Of a stretch of 64,000 nucleotides of DNA, positions 12,318 through 25,700 are shown one piece after another. Origin of the DNA: Tubiluchus corallicola (taxonomy: Eukaryota > Animalia > Priapulida). The translations under genes were made by a program, and so were the position numbers. The notes beneath the pieces were generated by a model. The model was not told where the DNA came from, did not search any database, and saw nothing but the letters and a program-made list of their open reading frames with translations. Numbering within the stretch: the first letter of the stretch is position 1; every line of letters starts with the position of its first letter. The stretch spans positions 124,001-188,000 of the forward strand of contig JAQGDQ010000393.1 in the NCBI GenBank assembly GCA_030141605.1, read 5' to 3'.

Positions 12318-13176
12318 ACACTTCCCGTTTTTCAAGTTTGATTTTAAAATTCTGTTTAACCGCAGTTTGTGCTTCCCGTAGTTCTGTCAGCTGAGTAAAT
12401 TTCATTAACCAACTCCTTATAGTTATTGAGTTACTGAATGGAACAACAAATTTCTGTGCAGATGACCGAATCCAAAAGAACCGATTGTTTTACATACGGT
12501 GTATGACACGAACAAATTCCTTTTAGTGCTGCATTTATAATGGCGGTTTGGATCCCGGGGGAAGTATCGTTGCAAATCTGAATTTTTCGACTAGCGCTTG
12601 AGTTATTTTTTGCAGGTTAAATTACTGACTAGCAAACTATATACGGTTAGATTTGAGCTGTATACGGTTGTTTTCAAATAGGCAGAGCATTTCAGTCTCT
12701 GGGTGTCCTCATTTGTAGTGATGACGCAATCGCTGTTAGACTGATGATATCAAGCACAGAGGGATATTCTTACTCGTAGAGTCCACAATTTGCAACGGTT
12801 TTATTGACCTCCTATTGGAAATTAGTCATAAAGCCAGACCTCGAAGTGTTTGCTCCGTAAGTAAAAATATCCAGCAATTCATTTACGGAAATGCTGTTAT
12901 TGGACACAGAAATCAGCGCCTCGACCCGAATTTGAGCTAAGCACTATATGCACTCGTGTGTCATTGATTTTGTTAGCGGGTATGCAATTACCAGAAAGCA
13001 TTTCGGGCAATCTTGCTCGTAGCTATCTGTGGACTTCGATTGAAAGTACGCAGAAAGTAGTCGTTCTTGAAGTTCTTGACCGACCAAGATATATATCTAC
13101 ACAATGATATGCAGCGCACGCGTGTTGATGCTGACATAATTAATTTTTGTAACAATGAGTTAAACCGACGAATCCG

Positions 13177-13285
13177 GGGCCCGGTTTCACAAAGCCGTCA
13201 CTAAGTTAACGTTGTCGTTACTACATTTACTTATCTATTAATAACGACTTCGTTAAGTTAGTGAACGCTTTGCGAAACTGGACCC
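13177..13285. mobile_element. Short palindromic MITE (PIF/Harbinger-like termini)
   Basis: Left arm GGGCCCGGTTTCACAAAGC..TCACTAAGTTAACG pairs with right arm CGTTAAGTTAGTGA..GCTTTGCGAAACTGGACCC. No TSD is evident. Confidence 0.55.
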
Positions 13286-13409
13286 ACATAATAAAGTCAC
13301 AGGAAAAAAGAGAAATAACCCTAGCCATAAAATTAACTCCTAAACATAAGCCACTAATTGTAACCCTAAGATTGCACATAACGTGATTTTATTTCACATG
13401 TAATGCCAT

Positions 13410-13476
<67 letters not shown>

Positions 13477-13480
13477 GTGC

Positions 13481-13515
<35 letters not shown>

Positions 13516-13531
13516 TGTGTGTGTGTGTGTA
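13410..13531. repeat. (AT)n-(GT)n-(GCGT)n-(GT)n microsatellite
   Basis: Directly visible. Confidence 0.95.
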
Positions 13532-14334
13532 TTTATATTATATATTACAAATATATGCAAGATGTAATTTCCACAAAAATGACTGCATAATATGATATAA
13601 TAAGTCCTGCGCAAGTTGCACTAGTGACTATCAGCACGTCAGAACTGTTACTGTAATTTTCTTCAATATTGAGAATGAAACATTTAACGCTCATTCCATT
13701 AATAAACGCACAATTACGGTCGCTCCGTAGAGTCTGTAATATTCCGAGAGTAAGGTTTAGGCTGTAATTATCATTACTGTACACATGAAATATCAATATT
13801 AGCTCAATACGGCGGGCGGGTTTAGTGTAATGAAACTACAATCAAAAGCGGACGATTCTTTTATGATTCAGCCATCGCGGCGCTGTATTTGTGTAGCCGG
13901 TCATTTGGGTTTCTTGAATGTTCTGAGAGGCAATTGTGTAACATGTTGATGTTAGTAAATGACTAGGAAAAACACATCTCATTGATATGCGAGAAAACGC
14001 AAGTTACTAGTAACTAGATTATCGCATTGCATGTAGGCGTAGTTGTAAGGCCTCTATAAGATCGAAATCATATTAAACTTCGGCGCTATGGTGGAGAAAG
14101 ACTCACATTTACCGGTTGAACAAAACTGGATGGGTTTATTAGAACGTATTCTACTTTGCGGTTCTTTGTCTTTGAGGATCAGATATATTTCATTAAAGAA
14201 AGGTTATTACATTTCCTTCCACTTTCTGTTACTAGAACAAAATCAATTCTTGACAGAGTAGCTGAATTTTGTTCATGTAAAGATTTGATCTAGTGGCACA
14301 CTATTCAATTATTCAACACAAAACAGTCCTTTAC

Positions 14335-14597
14335 CACGAGTACCAGTGCTGGACGGCATGTTTGGAACAAAGAACGAAAACAATCATCTACACGAGTACC
14401 AGTGCTGGACGGCATGTTTGGAACAAAAACTGGAAAAAATCATCTGCACGAGTACCAGGGCTGGACGGCACGTTTGGAACAAAAAATGAAAAAATCATCT
14501 CCACGAGTACCAGTGCTGGACAACATGTTTGGAAGAAAAAATGGAAAAATCATCTACAGGAGTACCAGGACTGGACGGCATGTTTGGAACAAAGAAA
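14335..14597. repeat. Minisatellite, 55-56 bp unit ACGAGTACCAGTGCTGGACGGCATGTTTGGAACAAAAA...AAAATCATCT, 5 copies
   Basis: Unit starts at 14336, 14392, 14448, 14503 and 14558. Explains ORFs 14293..14619 and 14402..14608. Confidence 0.92.
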
Positions 14598-15172
14598 AAA
14601 TATACTAAGTACATTGTAAAGTGATTATTCATGAAGCGAGCTTCTTAATAACGCACAGACTATTATTTAAATATCACCAACTGTATCTTAATTTTCTCAG
14701 GTTTGCTGTTGCTCTAACGCTAACATTGTTCCAGCTGAAAATACACTGCCGTTCAAACTGGTCATTTTACATTCTTTTCACGGCTATACCATTTATCCAA
14801 AATCAAACGCTTCGATTTTAAAGCTAAAGCTTGTTTTTCGTGACAAATTAATGACAGGTGTCAACCTGCGATTTTGCCAGAAATCAAACGATAGAAAATC
14901 GAGGCATGAAGTTGTTTCGCATTACATAAAATAAAATGATGTAATTGCAATGAAGCCAAATGGCTCCGAGTGTAAAGGCAACAAGCCAATGTGAGTTTTC
15001 TGTACTCTTCCAGCTGTAAAGACAAATAGATGAAAAATATTATCTTGCAGACCTTCGGGGTAGTCATGTCATTTTTCACCCGTTCATGACGGATAATTCC
15101 CATTGCAATGCAGCATCATTTTTTATCAGCAGCCTCCGTCCGTCCTGTAATTCGGAACGTGAAGCCGGGCGC

Positions 15173-15186
15173 GTTGCTATGGCAAC
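15173..15186. promoter_or_regulatory. RFX X-box-like palindrome GTTGCTATGGCAAC
   Basis: One mismatch from the perfect X-box GTTGCCATGGCAAC, in a CpG-rich patch. An NRF1-type TGCGCATGCGCG lies at 15294-15305. Function is not demonstrated. Confidence 0.45.
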
Positions 15187-16487
15187 GACGACGATGCTAA
15201 CAAACCAAATTAGCGCCAACAGACCAAATTCACCGCGGTGAAACCAGATCGTTAGCCAACTGGATTTACAAGGAAAAAATACAATAGATTTTGTGCGCAT
15301 GCGCGCATCATGCTTGCACCTATTATAATACAGGTGTGCGTGGCACTCAATGACAATTACTGCCCTTAATTGCTGTTTAGTGTCTATTAGCAAGAATCGT
15401 AATTGCTTTACTGGACTTTAATAAGAAATATAATGTAATTTATAGCTACACGGAAAAAATCCGGTAAAATGGCGAGAATTCAATGCTATATAGATATTAT
15501 ATAAACATAAATGATCTAATAAATATAAGTCATTGCTGTACTATTAACTGCCAAGCAGCACTATACGACATGTATAATGTCCATATGCGACATGTGCGAG
15601 CGTACAAAACGCTAAGCAGACACTACAAAAGATTGCAACTTACCCAAAAGAGAAGGTTGATCACGAAAACGGTGTATTTCAGACACCTCATGCACCCTGT
15701 CAGACCCATCATCAGTTTTAAAACTCTGTCACTACCTCAAGTAAATGAGCTAAATGTTTGTTGCATTTATCGTCAGTTAACCTGCTTGTCGTCGAATCAT
15801 CGTGTAAACACGCTCTTCTCTGCATCTATGGTCGTGTCATATCCGTATTCTATCATACATGGTGTAAAGTGGCTTAAACACTACGCATATAATGGTACAC
15901 GCGAAGCCAGCACAGTTACACAGTGCTAATGGAACCGTAGCATGAATTGGGCAGCATCAGCTGCAGACGACAGCAGGAGCAGCAGCTGCCGTGTGGCTTC
16001 TCTACCGGTTCATTTACTTGACGTTATTTTGCCAGTGACGCAGCGACATCTACAGGGAACAAGCAGAAAAGAAACAGGAGGCGAAGGAAGAGGGTAAAAA
16101 GGAGTGGAATAAGAAATAGCCAAAGAGAAATGATCTTCACCTAATCAAAAATAGTAACATTGACTTTTTTTATAGCGCGAATCGTTATTTTAAACATTTT
16201 CAACTATTGCAGTATTATAGAAAATTATTTATTTTGTTATTTTAGGTTAAATAGTTAGTAGTGATTTAATACACTGTCGGTAATATTAGCCATGTGATGA
16301 ATACTGACGTGGAAAATTGTCTTGCTTAGTATTACTACATTGTTTCTTGTAATTTGAAAAAGAAACTCGCTAAAATGTAAATAAATGTTTGATAAGTACA
16401 ATGAATGAGAAAACAATGATCATTGTAAATTTACTTTTCATTTTCTAGTAACAGCAAGTAGAGAGAAAGTTAATACCCTTCCTTTGA

Positions 16488-16976
16488 AGCAAAACCGGAC
16501 CCAATCCTAAACTGTAGGTCAAAATAATCTACTCTTTAATATCGAAAGGAAACATACTATTTTTTTCAAAAATGACTAACGTAAAAGAATTATTACCACA
16601 CAAACACAATTTCGCGTTCTCGCCACTAGTTCTTCGCTGTTACATGCATTTCGCCATTCACTAGTTAGACGGGCACCAGCACCTGCATTTCGTAAACTCA
16701 TTGCACAAAAAAAACAGGTGCTGTACATCTCAATTCAGATATGTTAGTTTGTGACGAACTACACACGTTCGACAGCTCATGCGTGAGCACAGCGGTAAAT
16801 TTGAAATTGGAATTTTTATCGTAAAACTTGCCTAGTTTTAGTACAACATATAGAATATCTTACAGTAGCACTGTACTTGAAGTTTCGTTTTCGCAAACAC
16901 GTGCAACACGCTAGTGAAATTGCTTTTTGTCGGATTTAAAAATGGGGCACTGTATGAAAAATCATCCTGTCTTCCT
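16488..16976 (-). mobile_element. TTAA-targeting MITE family A, copy 2 (inverted, internally deleted)
   Basis: Runs AGCAAAACCGGAC ... ATCCTGTCTTCCT, followed by TTAA at 16977-16980 (TTGA on the left). It is the reverse complement of copies 1, 3 and 4. Confidence 0.85.
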
Positions 16977-17350
16977 TTAATGAAATATGTCTCATCATGA
17001 AAGATAAAGAACTGCATAGTTGAATATGTTCTACTAATCCATCGAGCTTTTTCCAACGGTAAATGGGTGAGGATTATGTATTGTAAAACATGAACGTGTT
17101 CAGAATGTAATGCGTAAGTGTTAATATTGCAGATCCCGCAGTACGATAAACGCGCTAGTATGCATGCAAACAATGCTCTAGCGTTTAAATATTAATGTGC
17201 CATATGGCAGCATAGTTGAGAAAAGAGTTACCATTTTGTCAATAATTAGCTAAAATTTTTCTCTACAAACGCAGCGAGAGTTTGTTTCAAATCTACCTTG
17301 ATCTCTTATATTACACTACTGAGCTATAATTTTTCAAGTTCATAATTTTA

Positions 17351-17785
17351 AGGAAGACAGGATGATTTTTCATATACTACCTCATTTTCAAGTCCGACAA
17401 AAGTATACAATTTAGCACATGAATATTGCAAAAGCGTTTCTGATAATTAAAAATAGATTAAAAACTTAATTAACGGCGGGCGAGCCCAATTATTGATGAC
17501 ATCACAAACTAACATAATTTTCAACAACAAAAATATTCCATGAGTATGTTGCACGTGTTTGTGAAAGAGAAAATTAAAGTACAGTGATGCTGTAATATAA
17601 TTAGTGCATTGCACTAAAACGAGCTACCATGTAACAGCGAAGAACCAGTGGGGCGAACGTGAAATTGCGTTTGTGTGGTAACAATTATTTCACGTAAGTT
17701 ATTCTTTAAAAAATAGTGTTTCCTTTCAATATTTTAAAGCGAAGATTGTTTTGACCTACACTTTAAGATTGGGTCCGGTTTTGCT
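17351..17785 (+). mobile_element. TTAA-targeting MITE family A, copy 3 (internally deleted)
   Basis: Runs AGGAAGACAGGATGATTTTTCATA ... GGGTCCGGTTTTGCT, followed by TTAA at 17786-17789. Confidence 0.85.
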
Positions 17786-18075
17786 TTAACTATTTTTGCC
17801 ACTTGCGAGTTTTGATTGGGTAGATATCCGTTTCAGAATTGAATAGGAACGACGCACGTCATTAGCATTGCTGAAAACCATTTAGAAATCTAAAAAAAAC
17901 TTCGCAAAAGTGTGGACGTTTTATTATGCAGGACTAAACACTGGAACACAGCTGAAAACGCACATCAATACAATGAAAATCATTACGCATTAAGAGAGTA
18001 ATTTTCATAATGAAGGGAAATTTTGCGCAGGATTAAACACTATATGGAGAAAACGCACACTTTTGACGTTTTTAA

Positions 18076-18619
18076 AGGAAAGAACAAGTCACTCAGGTTG
18101 TTGGGTTTATTTTACTGAACATTATCACTTAAACTTAGAAAAATATAACAAAGAAATTTGCAAAAAACTTTCTATAGAGCATAAATCTAAAACATACTTC
18201 CTCTGAATAGAAATTTTCAGGCATGGTGGTTGCCGTCATTCGTTTGAAGATCATGACGTAACTGGGGGACTCCGTGACATTTCGTAAGCGCGCCGTGACG
18301 TTCCGTAGTGCGCGTTACTTAAACTAATTCAAATTTTTGCAGCTTGCCTAATGTTCACGCAAAAATATTACAAAATTAACTATCTAGATTTATTTTACTT
18401 TTGATGAAGATTGACAGTGTGCTACTTTACTTCAAGGCGAATGACGTCATTGGAAGAATGGACATTGAAAATGGGAGCGCCCAAGCTTGAAGTGATGGCG
18501 ACTTTAGTGATTTTACTAATTACAACGAGGCTCTTATTGCAGTTTTATTACTAAATTCTTCTAACATTATTCGCGAACATTGAAATAAGCCTAACCTCCT
18601 AGAAGGCTTGACCTCTCCT
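18076..18619 (+). mobile_element. TTAA-targeting MITE family B (Kolobok-like), copy 1
   Basis: TTAA|AGGAAAGAACAAG ... GGCTTGACCTCTCCT|TTAG. The whole body is the reverse complement of 49888-50423. Confidence 0.85.
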
Positions 18620-19286
18620 TTAGCGAAGTTCGGCAGCTAAACCCTGGTATCCTTGACATTATCCCAAATTTACTGATAATAGTGAAGCGATAAATAAAAA
18701 AGTTTCATTTATATACTGTGGCATTATTTATTTATTTAACATGACTATAAATTTGTTTTTCTGATGTAATTGCGCTTTCTGTATAGACACTTTACAGTGG
18801 CTATAATTAAATCACGTCTACATATACATACATAACAAGAATTCGAAATTGCGTGACGTACAATAATTTTTTATTTACTCATACATGTTTAAAATTTCAT
18901 ACTGACACCTTTTAACAACGCAATAACCTGTAAATAAATTTTAACAGTACATATTTAATAACAGCTGCTAATAACACAACCAAAACAGTACCTTTGAAAA
19001 TTACAGAAACAAACCACCAAAAATTATTTGGTAAGCTACGAAATAAACGATATAAAATATGTACAAAGTTATTAATGGTTACAAAATTGAGTACAGAATG
19101 AACGCAAATATTTTTTGTTGACTATTCTAGGCATAATACTTATGATTACGATTATTTAAAAGTAGTAATTTGCTTCCTGTAGCCAAGTCGTTTTCTGTAC
19201 TGATCAGAAATCTGTCAGAGCAATGGATGCCATGGTATTTTCCTTTTCATAGCTTCAATTGCACAACGTTTCCTAAATTTAACATA

Positions 19287-19387
19287 TAGTCTAGCCTCGT
19301 TATCTCGCCCCTCGTTATGCCGCCATACTCACCTCTCGCCAAAAATTTGCCCTAGACGGACAGTGGCGAGATAACGAGGCTAAACTG
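19287..19387. mobile_element. 101-bp Tc1/pogo-like MITE with 23-bp TIRs and TA TSD
   Basis: TA|TAGTCTAGCCTCGTTATCTCGCC ... GGCGAGATAACGAGGCTAAACTG|TA (21/23 complementary). Confidence 0.75.
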
Positions 19388-22300
19388 TACTATAAAATTT
19401 GTCACGTATTGGATGAATTGGAAACACAAAAGTACATTAGAAAATACACGATCGTTGATCGTGAGAAGTGTAAACTTGTAATCAATGTCAAACGTTTATA
19501 CTTTAGACAGATTCTGTAATCAGTGTGTTTACACAGAAAAGCTTACGAGCTCGCTCTTTCTTCAAAGACGATTAGCACCTTTTCGCTATGAAAGTGACTT
19601 TGATCCTGACGTAGGGAGATTACTGCTCAGTGGAGCCATAAGACACCTCTGAAAGGTCTATAGAAACAATTACTGTATCCTTGGCTTTCATCATCGTTGC
19701 CTAAACTTCAATAAGGAGTGAGTTGGCTCTTTACCAGCTTAAGCCAAAATTCTAGATAAAAGAAACAGCTCGTTTTCTGTCACTAGGAATACCCAAATTT
19801 TCATGATCATGACTACTACGTAGACGGAGAAAGAGTAACAGCTAGTACTACTAGACAGTATCATTATACTTGTATAAATAAGATTATAGTTGTACAAGGC
19901 GTCATTAAAAACGGCAATACAGACAGACGACCACTAGTCATTTTTCCAAAATTTGTCAGAATGCAAATAAAAACATAATCCCTGTTATAACAGATATTTT
20001 AAGAGTTACAAGTGCAAAAATAGTTGGGTGATACGAAACTAACATAAAACAGTATTTTATTTGGTAGTAAAAAACTATTCGTAGAACGTAGAAATCGTTT
20101 GAATGATTGAGTTAAATTTACAAACAATTGGGTACCACGTAAAACGATTCAAATAGTATAACCTTAATACTTTAGTTACTTAAATCACCGGTGACAGCTA
20201 CGAATAGCACGTGCTGTGTTGAACAATAGAGAAAATTTAATGCCAGATAGTTTAGTATAGTGACATGGTAATTTCACATTTCGTGGTATGATTATTCTAA
20301 CTTCGTTACAGTTCAGTTTGTCTGCTGTGTTTGAAACAATGTACAGACTACTTTGGATTACTACTACACGTACCTGGTTTTGCTGTATCCTTCAGCTATA
20401 GCCACACCACTTGTATTAACCAGGTGATCTACATTCAATGCATTATTGAACGCTTTTTACTGGTCTTAACTACTGCTATCCCAACAGGCATTCAAAGGCA
20501 AGTTTACCAGCTCCCAGTGAAGTTTTCGTGCATCAACTATTGCCGTCCCACTAACTACATTAAACATAGGATTACAGTCTCTATTGGACCCTTTTTGTTG
20601 GACTTAGCTCAGCTATTTCTATGAGACAAAGTAAGCGAACACATGACTCCTGTTCCCATTAGACATTTTTACTGCTGTACCACCTAACCCAGTAATTGCC
20701 ACTCCAAATAGCCTCACGAACAGAAAGCTACTAGCCCTATCTGCTAAGTTAACTCAGATGTTTTTACTTCACTGACCGAACTAATCAATTAGAGAGATTG
20801 TTCTGAAATAGTTAGCAAATAGTTCCCAAAATCAAAATATATCACTACATAATTCATTAATTTAACATTACACTCTACTGAATTACAGTATAGAAGGTGA
20901 AGTCAGCCTCATTTATTCTACTTCTACAGCTACTTCTACACAACAACGTTTGTAAGACCCACATATATGTACATTACTCATATTACACACATTGTATGCT
21001 TGCTTGAGTACAAGTACATTGCTATATTTTCATATTGGAATAATAATACAGGAATATGCAAAGAATAAAATACATATAATGTACAACTGCAAATAACCCC
21101 ATTAATACTCACGAAAATCGAAATAAGATCCCCTGGAATAGATTTTGCTGAAACAAATTCAAGGTTATAGTTTGCTATAAGCAATACTAAGTATTAGTCA
21201 TTAAGGAATGTTGACCACACATAAAATTCAAATACTTATTCACATGGAAAACTGGCGTCTAAACAAATTCACATCTTTTTCACTGCAGCTTACAAACAAC
21301 AGTAAAACTGCATGACCATATAAGCGTTCATACATAATTTATATACCAGTTAGCAAAGTTAAAAATTTGAAACTTAAACGACCTTGCACATTTGTAGTAA
21401 AACTCACTTGAACAATGAAAATAGTAGTAATAAACTAATACGCTGTACACGAGTATTACTAATTTTTCACTAAGTGTTAATGATTAGTTTTTATTACTAA
21501 TTACCAATTACCATGTTTAGTACATTTCCTTTTGTAAATAATAGATCACTTGATCTATGCATATTACTTAATACATAAAATTACACCATGCTTCTTCAGT
21601 AATAGTAGATACTGTGTAAATCCTGTTACCAATAATACTTTCATTAAACTGTATGTCTACTACCATTTCACTGCACTTGAATGATCTGTTTATAAAAATT
21701 ACAGAATGCAAAAATTTCTAAACTTAAACACAGTCTACACAATAAAACCTTTTTTTCAAACTGTTTACTACTACTGTTAAACTTTGTCCACCAACTTTTT
21801 GTTTACAAACATTATTTGCTGTAAAAATCATCTTCCCAAAGCTTGTATACATGTACCCCTTCTATTGTTATAACAGCACAAAAATATTTTTCTTGCACAT
21901 CTAGTACTCATTCATTCTTACAAAAATGTTTGAAAAATAAAGTCACCAGACAGACAGCTTAAAACAGTAAAAATAGTAGCTTTGCTGTCTTGACATTTCA
22001 CTTTCTTTATTAATGGGTGACAATTTATGACTGAAAAGTCGATTGAGAGCTTAATGAAATTTATCTGGGGAATACAGTTTTCCACTTTTACACACTGGGT
22101 ATACGTGTAGACTGTAGTACACTAACACACTAGTATGTTCAATATGTTTAACAATTTTTCTCTCTAAAATTTAACTAATTATTTTCTTAAAACAAGAAAT
22201 AGTTAAGTTCGGTTTATTGTTATAAATGAAACCGCACAACAGACAATGCAATTATAGTGCGCTACAAAAGAATTAAGCAATGAAGTATGCTTTACTGGTA

Positions 22301-22774
22301 CTGGATAATCATCGTGTGACAAAAGCCTCACAAAACAACGTTAAAATGTAAAAATTATATGTATATGATTCTAATTGATTACTGTTACAACTCTAAGACG
22401 ACATAGCCTAGAATATATTACACAATTATTACTTGTTAATAATTAATTGTTATTGCACATTTAGATGAAAAGTAACTAATGCTACAATGAAATATCAGCA
22501 CATACACTACGTAAGGCAATAACTAGTTAGAAAATACTAATCTCGAGTAGCCAATTGCAGTTTTCAAGTAGTCACAGTCAGAATTGTCGTAAGTTTTGAG
22601 TGAGCTCCAATAAAAAAGTGTTAGTATATAAAAGCTATAACTAGTAAGTATTAAATGAAATATGTGACAGTAACAGCAAGACATTAGCTAATTAGCAAGC
22701 CATTACACTTTGTGCAAATTTCAGTGAACAAAACAGCTACTACAGATAACTCATTGCTTTGGAAACTCAGAAGG

Positions 22775-25700
22775 CTACTTCTTTTTGAAGATGTTTCCAA
22801 TGTTTGTCCCACTAGATTTGTCACGAAAATCTTTGAATTTGCTCATCATTGCTGCTTTAACTTCATGCGGTGCTAAAGGCAGAGTTGTGACAGTTGAAGA
22901 TGAAGAAGTATAATCACTGTCGGTATCCACCGTTTTAAATGTTTCCAACTTTGCCTCAAACTCCTTTATCATTGACGAAACGACTTCAACGTGATCCACA
23001 GCAATTGAAGCCATATCTCTATGAAGACACCGTAAACCTGGCAACAGGGATTCCCTGATTAACTGTTCACCAATGAAACAACACGATAATGCACTGTAAG
23101 TTTCAAAAAGAGCCATAGCCACATCGCGCTTTTTTGTTTCATTTATAGTTTGGGCATTGTTAGTGGCAATAATAGCTAGTCTTGGTAAGATGAAATCATC
23201 ACGAAAACTTGGTTCCGTGTTCGGTCCAATTTTGCCCAAGGTGCGGACAATTTCAACCCGCATTCCATGATCTTCCATGTTTGAGGGATCATCCATGAAT
23301 CCTTGGAATTGCATTACCACTTTTTCCAAAACTTCTTTTTGTTTTCCGGATTCTATAATTGTCCCAAAAGCAGAAACAGTTGCAACACGCACACCAATAT
23401 CCGGGTCGGTTGCCAAGGTTACAAGAGCTGGCACTATGCGGGTAGATAATAAGTTATCATTAACAACTGTGGCAAGACAATCAAATAATTTAGCTGCAGC
23501 TTTTCGGACATGGCTAGAGGTATGCATTACACCCTTCCATAAGACAGAAACAAGCAGTTCATGTTTATCAGTTAGTAAACCTAGTTCCACAAAAGCAGCA
23601 TGGACACTTTTAATAGGCGCACCACACATGGCCAAGATGACCAACATGTCAAAGAGGTAATTAAATAAGTGAGTTTGATCTTCCTCATGCGTGAACACTC
23701 CAAGCACACCTGCCGCATAAACAGGTACGACACAGCTTGTTAAGGGTGTGTTCCCATGTGAAATCGTATCCAATTCCTCATCACTAAGCTTCAGCATCAC
23801 GCCAAATTGTGGTTTCACCTTCGTTATTGTGAAAGTTTTCCCAAGAGTTTTGCACAAACTCCCAAAAAACAAAGAGTATTGGTGAACAGTTTTAGTAAGT
23901 GCAACATCAAGGTTGCATAAAACCTTTAGCAGTCGTGGTATTAGCTGCCTGCATATCCAATCTAATGAAGGCCACATCTCATACCACTCTTCCTGAATTG
24001 TTTTGTCAAATGATGCAATAAGATGTGCCAACCTTCTATCACCTCCTACTAGCAAAGAAATGTCTTGAAAGGCACTGCTTGCTTTCAGAAGTCGGCCAAA
24101 TTCAATATCGACAACATCCTCAGGAATGTCGGCTGAAAATGGTCCAGTTGCGAGGATAGATGCAAACAAAATCGGAACAAGCTGACAAAATGACTCCAGA
24201 AGCAAGCAAAGGCGAGATTCATCAACAGTGTGTATGCCTAAATAAAAATTGTATATGGTAATTATATCTACAATATTGTTTATATGTAGAAAGTTGCTCA
24301 GAGGCTATATGCCAGTGGTGCTGCTTTCAATCTCGGAAAACACATGGTTTTTGGCAGACGAAAAGGACTGAAGCACACCTCAAGACTATATTCCGATAAC
24401 TGGTGATGATCACAAGACTATTTGGCGTCTTATAACTTTACTGTGCAAGAAGCCAGTTCCAAATAATGGTATGGGTTGCTTGCTGCTACATGTGGGCCTA
24501 CAAAATTATTTTCATGTTGATGCATGAGCAAAGTTATAATAAGTAAAATACCTACTCAGCTTAATGTTCACTGCTTTTATGAAAAAACAGCAACTGTGAC
24601 TAATTTTAATGTTTTAAAAGGCAATAAGCCTTAAAAACAAACAATAAGATGATAAGTTAATGTTAGCCAGCTGCTATTTTGAATTCGTGTCAATTTGGTT
24701 TTAAAGACTTGTTTTATTATTCCATAATAGATCAAAGATGGTAGATACCTTTGCATTTTGCTGAAAAAAGTTAAGTTTACATAAAATGTTACCTGATATT
24801 AAGCACAGCTGGTTTTCCAACTTGTCTAGCAGTTTATTGAGTAATGCAGATTCAAGGAGACCCAATTCTAGACTCCAAATTGCAAATGAGTGAAGGAATG
24901 TTTGTTGCGTAGCATAATAAACAATTTCAGAAGAATCAAGAAGCAACTTTAATAAAAGGTCCAAGCTCTGAGTATACTTGTCAGAATCATCAATAAAAGC
25001 CATTAATATTGCAAAACTATATGCAAGCGCTTGTCTCACTTCTTCAGTGCGTTCCTCTTGAGACATTTGCTGAAGCATGGACAGGACTAGAGAGCTGCGG
25101 ATGACTGTTGGTAAATATGGCACAAGAGCACCACATGTCTGAACCACAAGAAGGCGTCGTTCAACATACTTGTGATTAATTTGTTCCCAGCATTGAGGAA
25201 GTAGTTCATTCTCAGCCCTTGTGGGGCCAACAGTATGAGCGTAAGTGACGCAACCTGTCATAATCATGTAACGTTGATCATCATCAGGTTTTTTAATTAG
25301 GTTAAACAAGACATTGAGTAAACTGTCGCGCTCTTCTGTTTTTGGATGTAAACTTGCTGTACAAAGCAGAAGCGGAATTAGTTCTTCACGCTTTGCTAGA
25401 AGCACATTTGGTACAACAAATGGCAATGACCTGGACAGCATCAATACAAGCTCATCACTACAGCTTGCTACATGGGCAACTTCCTCCACGAGGCGACTAT
25501 CTGATGATGGTTTCTCTGAGTAAGACATACTGACTAGAATTTTCTGGAGTGAGTTGGGAATGGTTCTGCAAGTTTTCAAGCTGTCATCATCAGTGTGTTT
25601 TTTGTATATTTCTAAGGTGGAATTTGCTGGTTTTTCATCACCAGCAGGACTTATCTCTTCATTAGTTTTATTCTCAAACAAGTTATTGTCTTGCAATAAA

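Noticed and set aside
12915-12940. miR-10-like fragment CCGAATTTG, checked because of the known Mtx2-Hox linkage
   Set aside because: The seed region does not match TACCCTGTAG and there is no hairpin. I also saw no homeobox in the window.
14335-14597. CRISPR-like look of the 55-bp repeat (partly palindromic core with variable linkers)
   Set aside because: The linkers are homologous A-rich variants, not unique spacers. The context is eukaryotic and has no cas genes. It is an ordinary minisatellite.
19536-19655. Exon-like stretch after TTTACACAG (…LQRRLAPFRYESDFDPDVGRLLLSGAIRHL*)
   Set aside because: It is short, has no recognisable homology and no partner exons.
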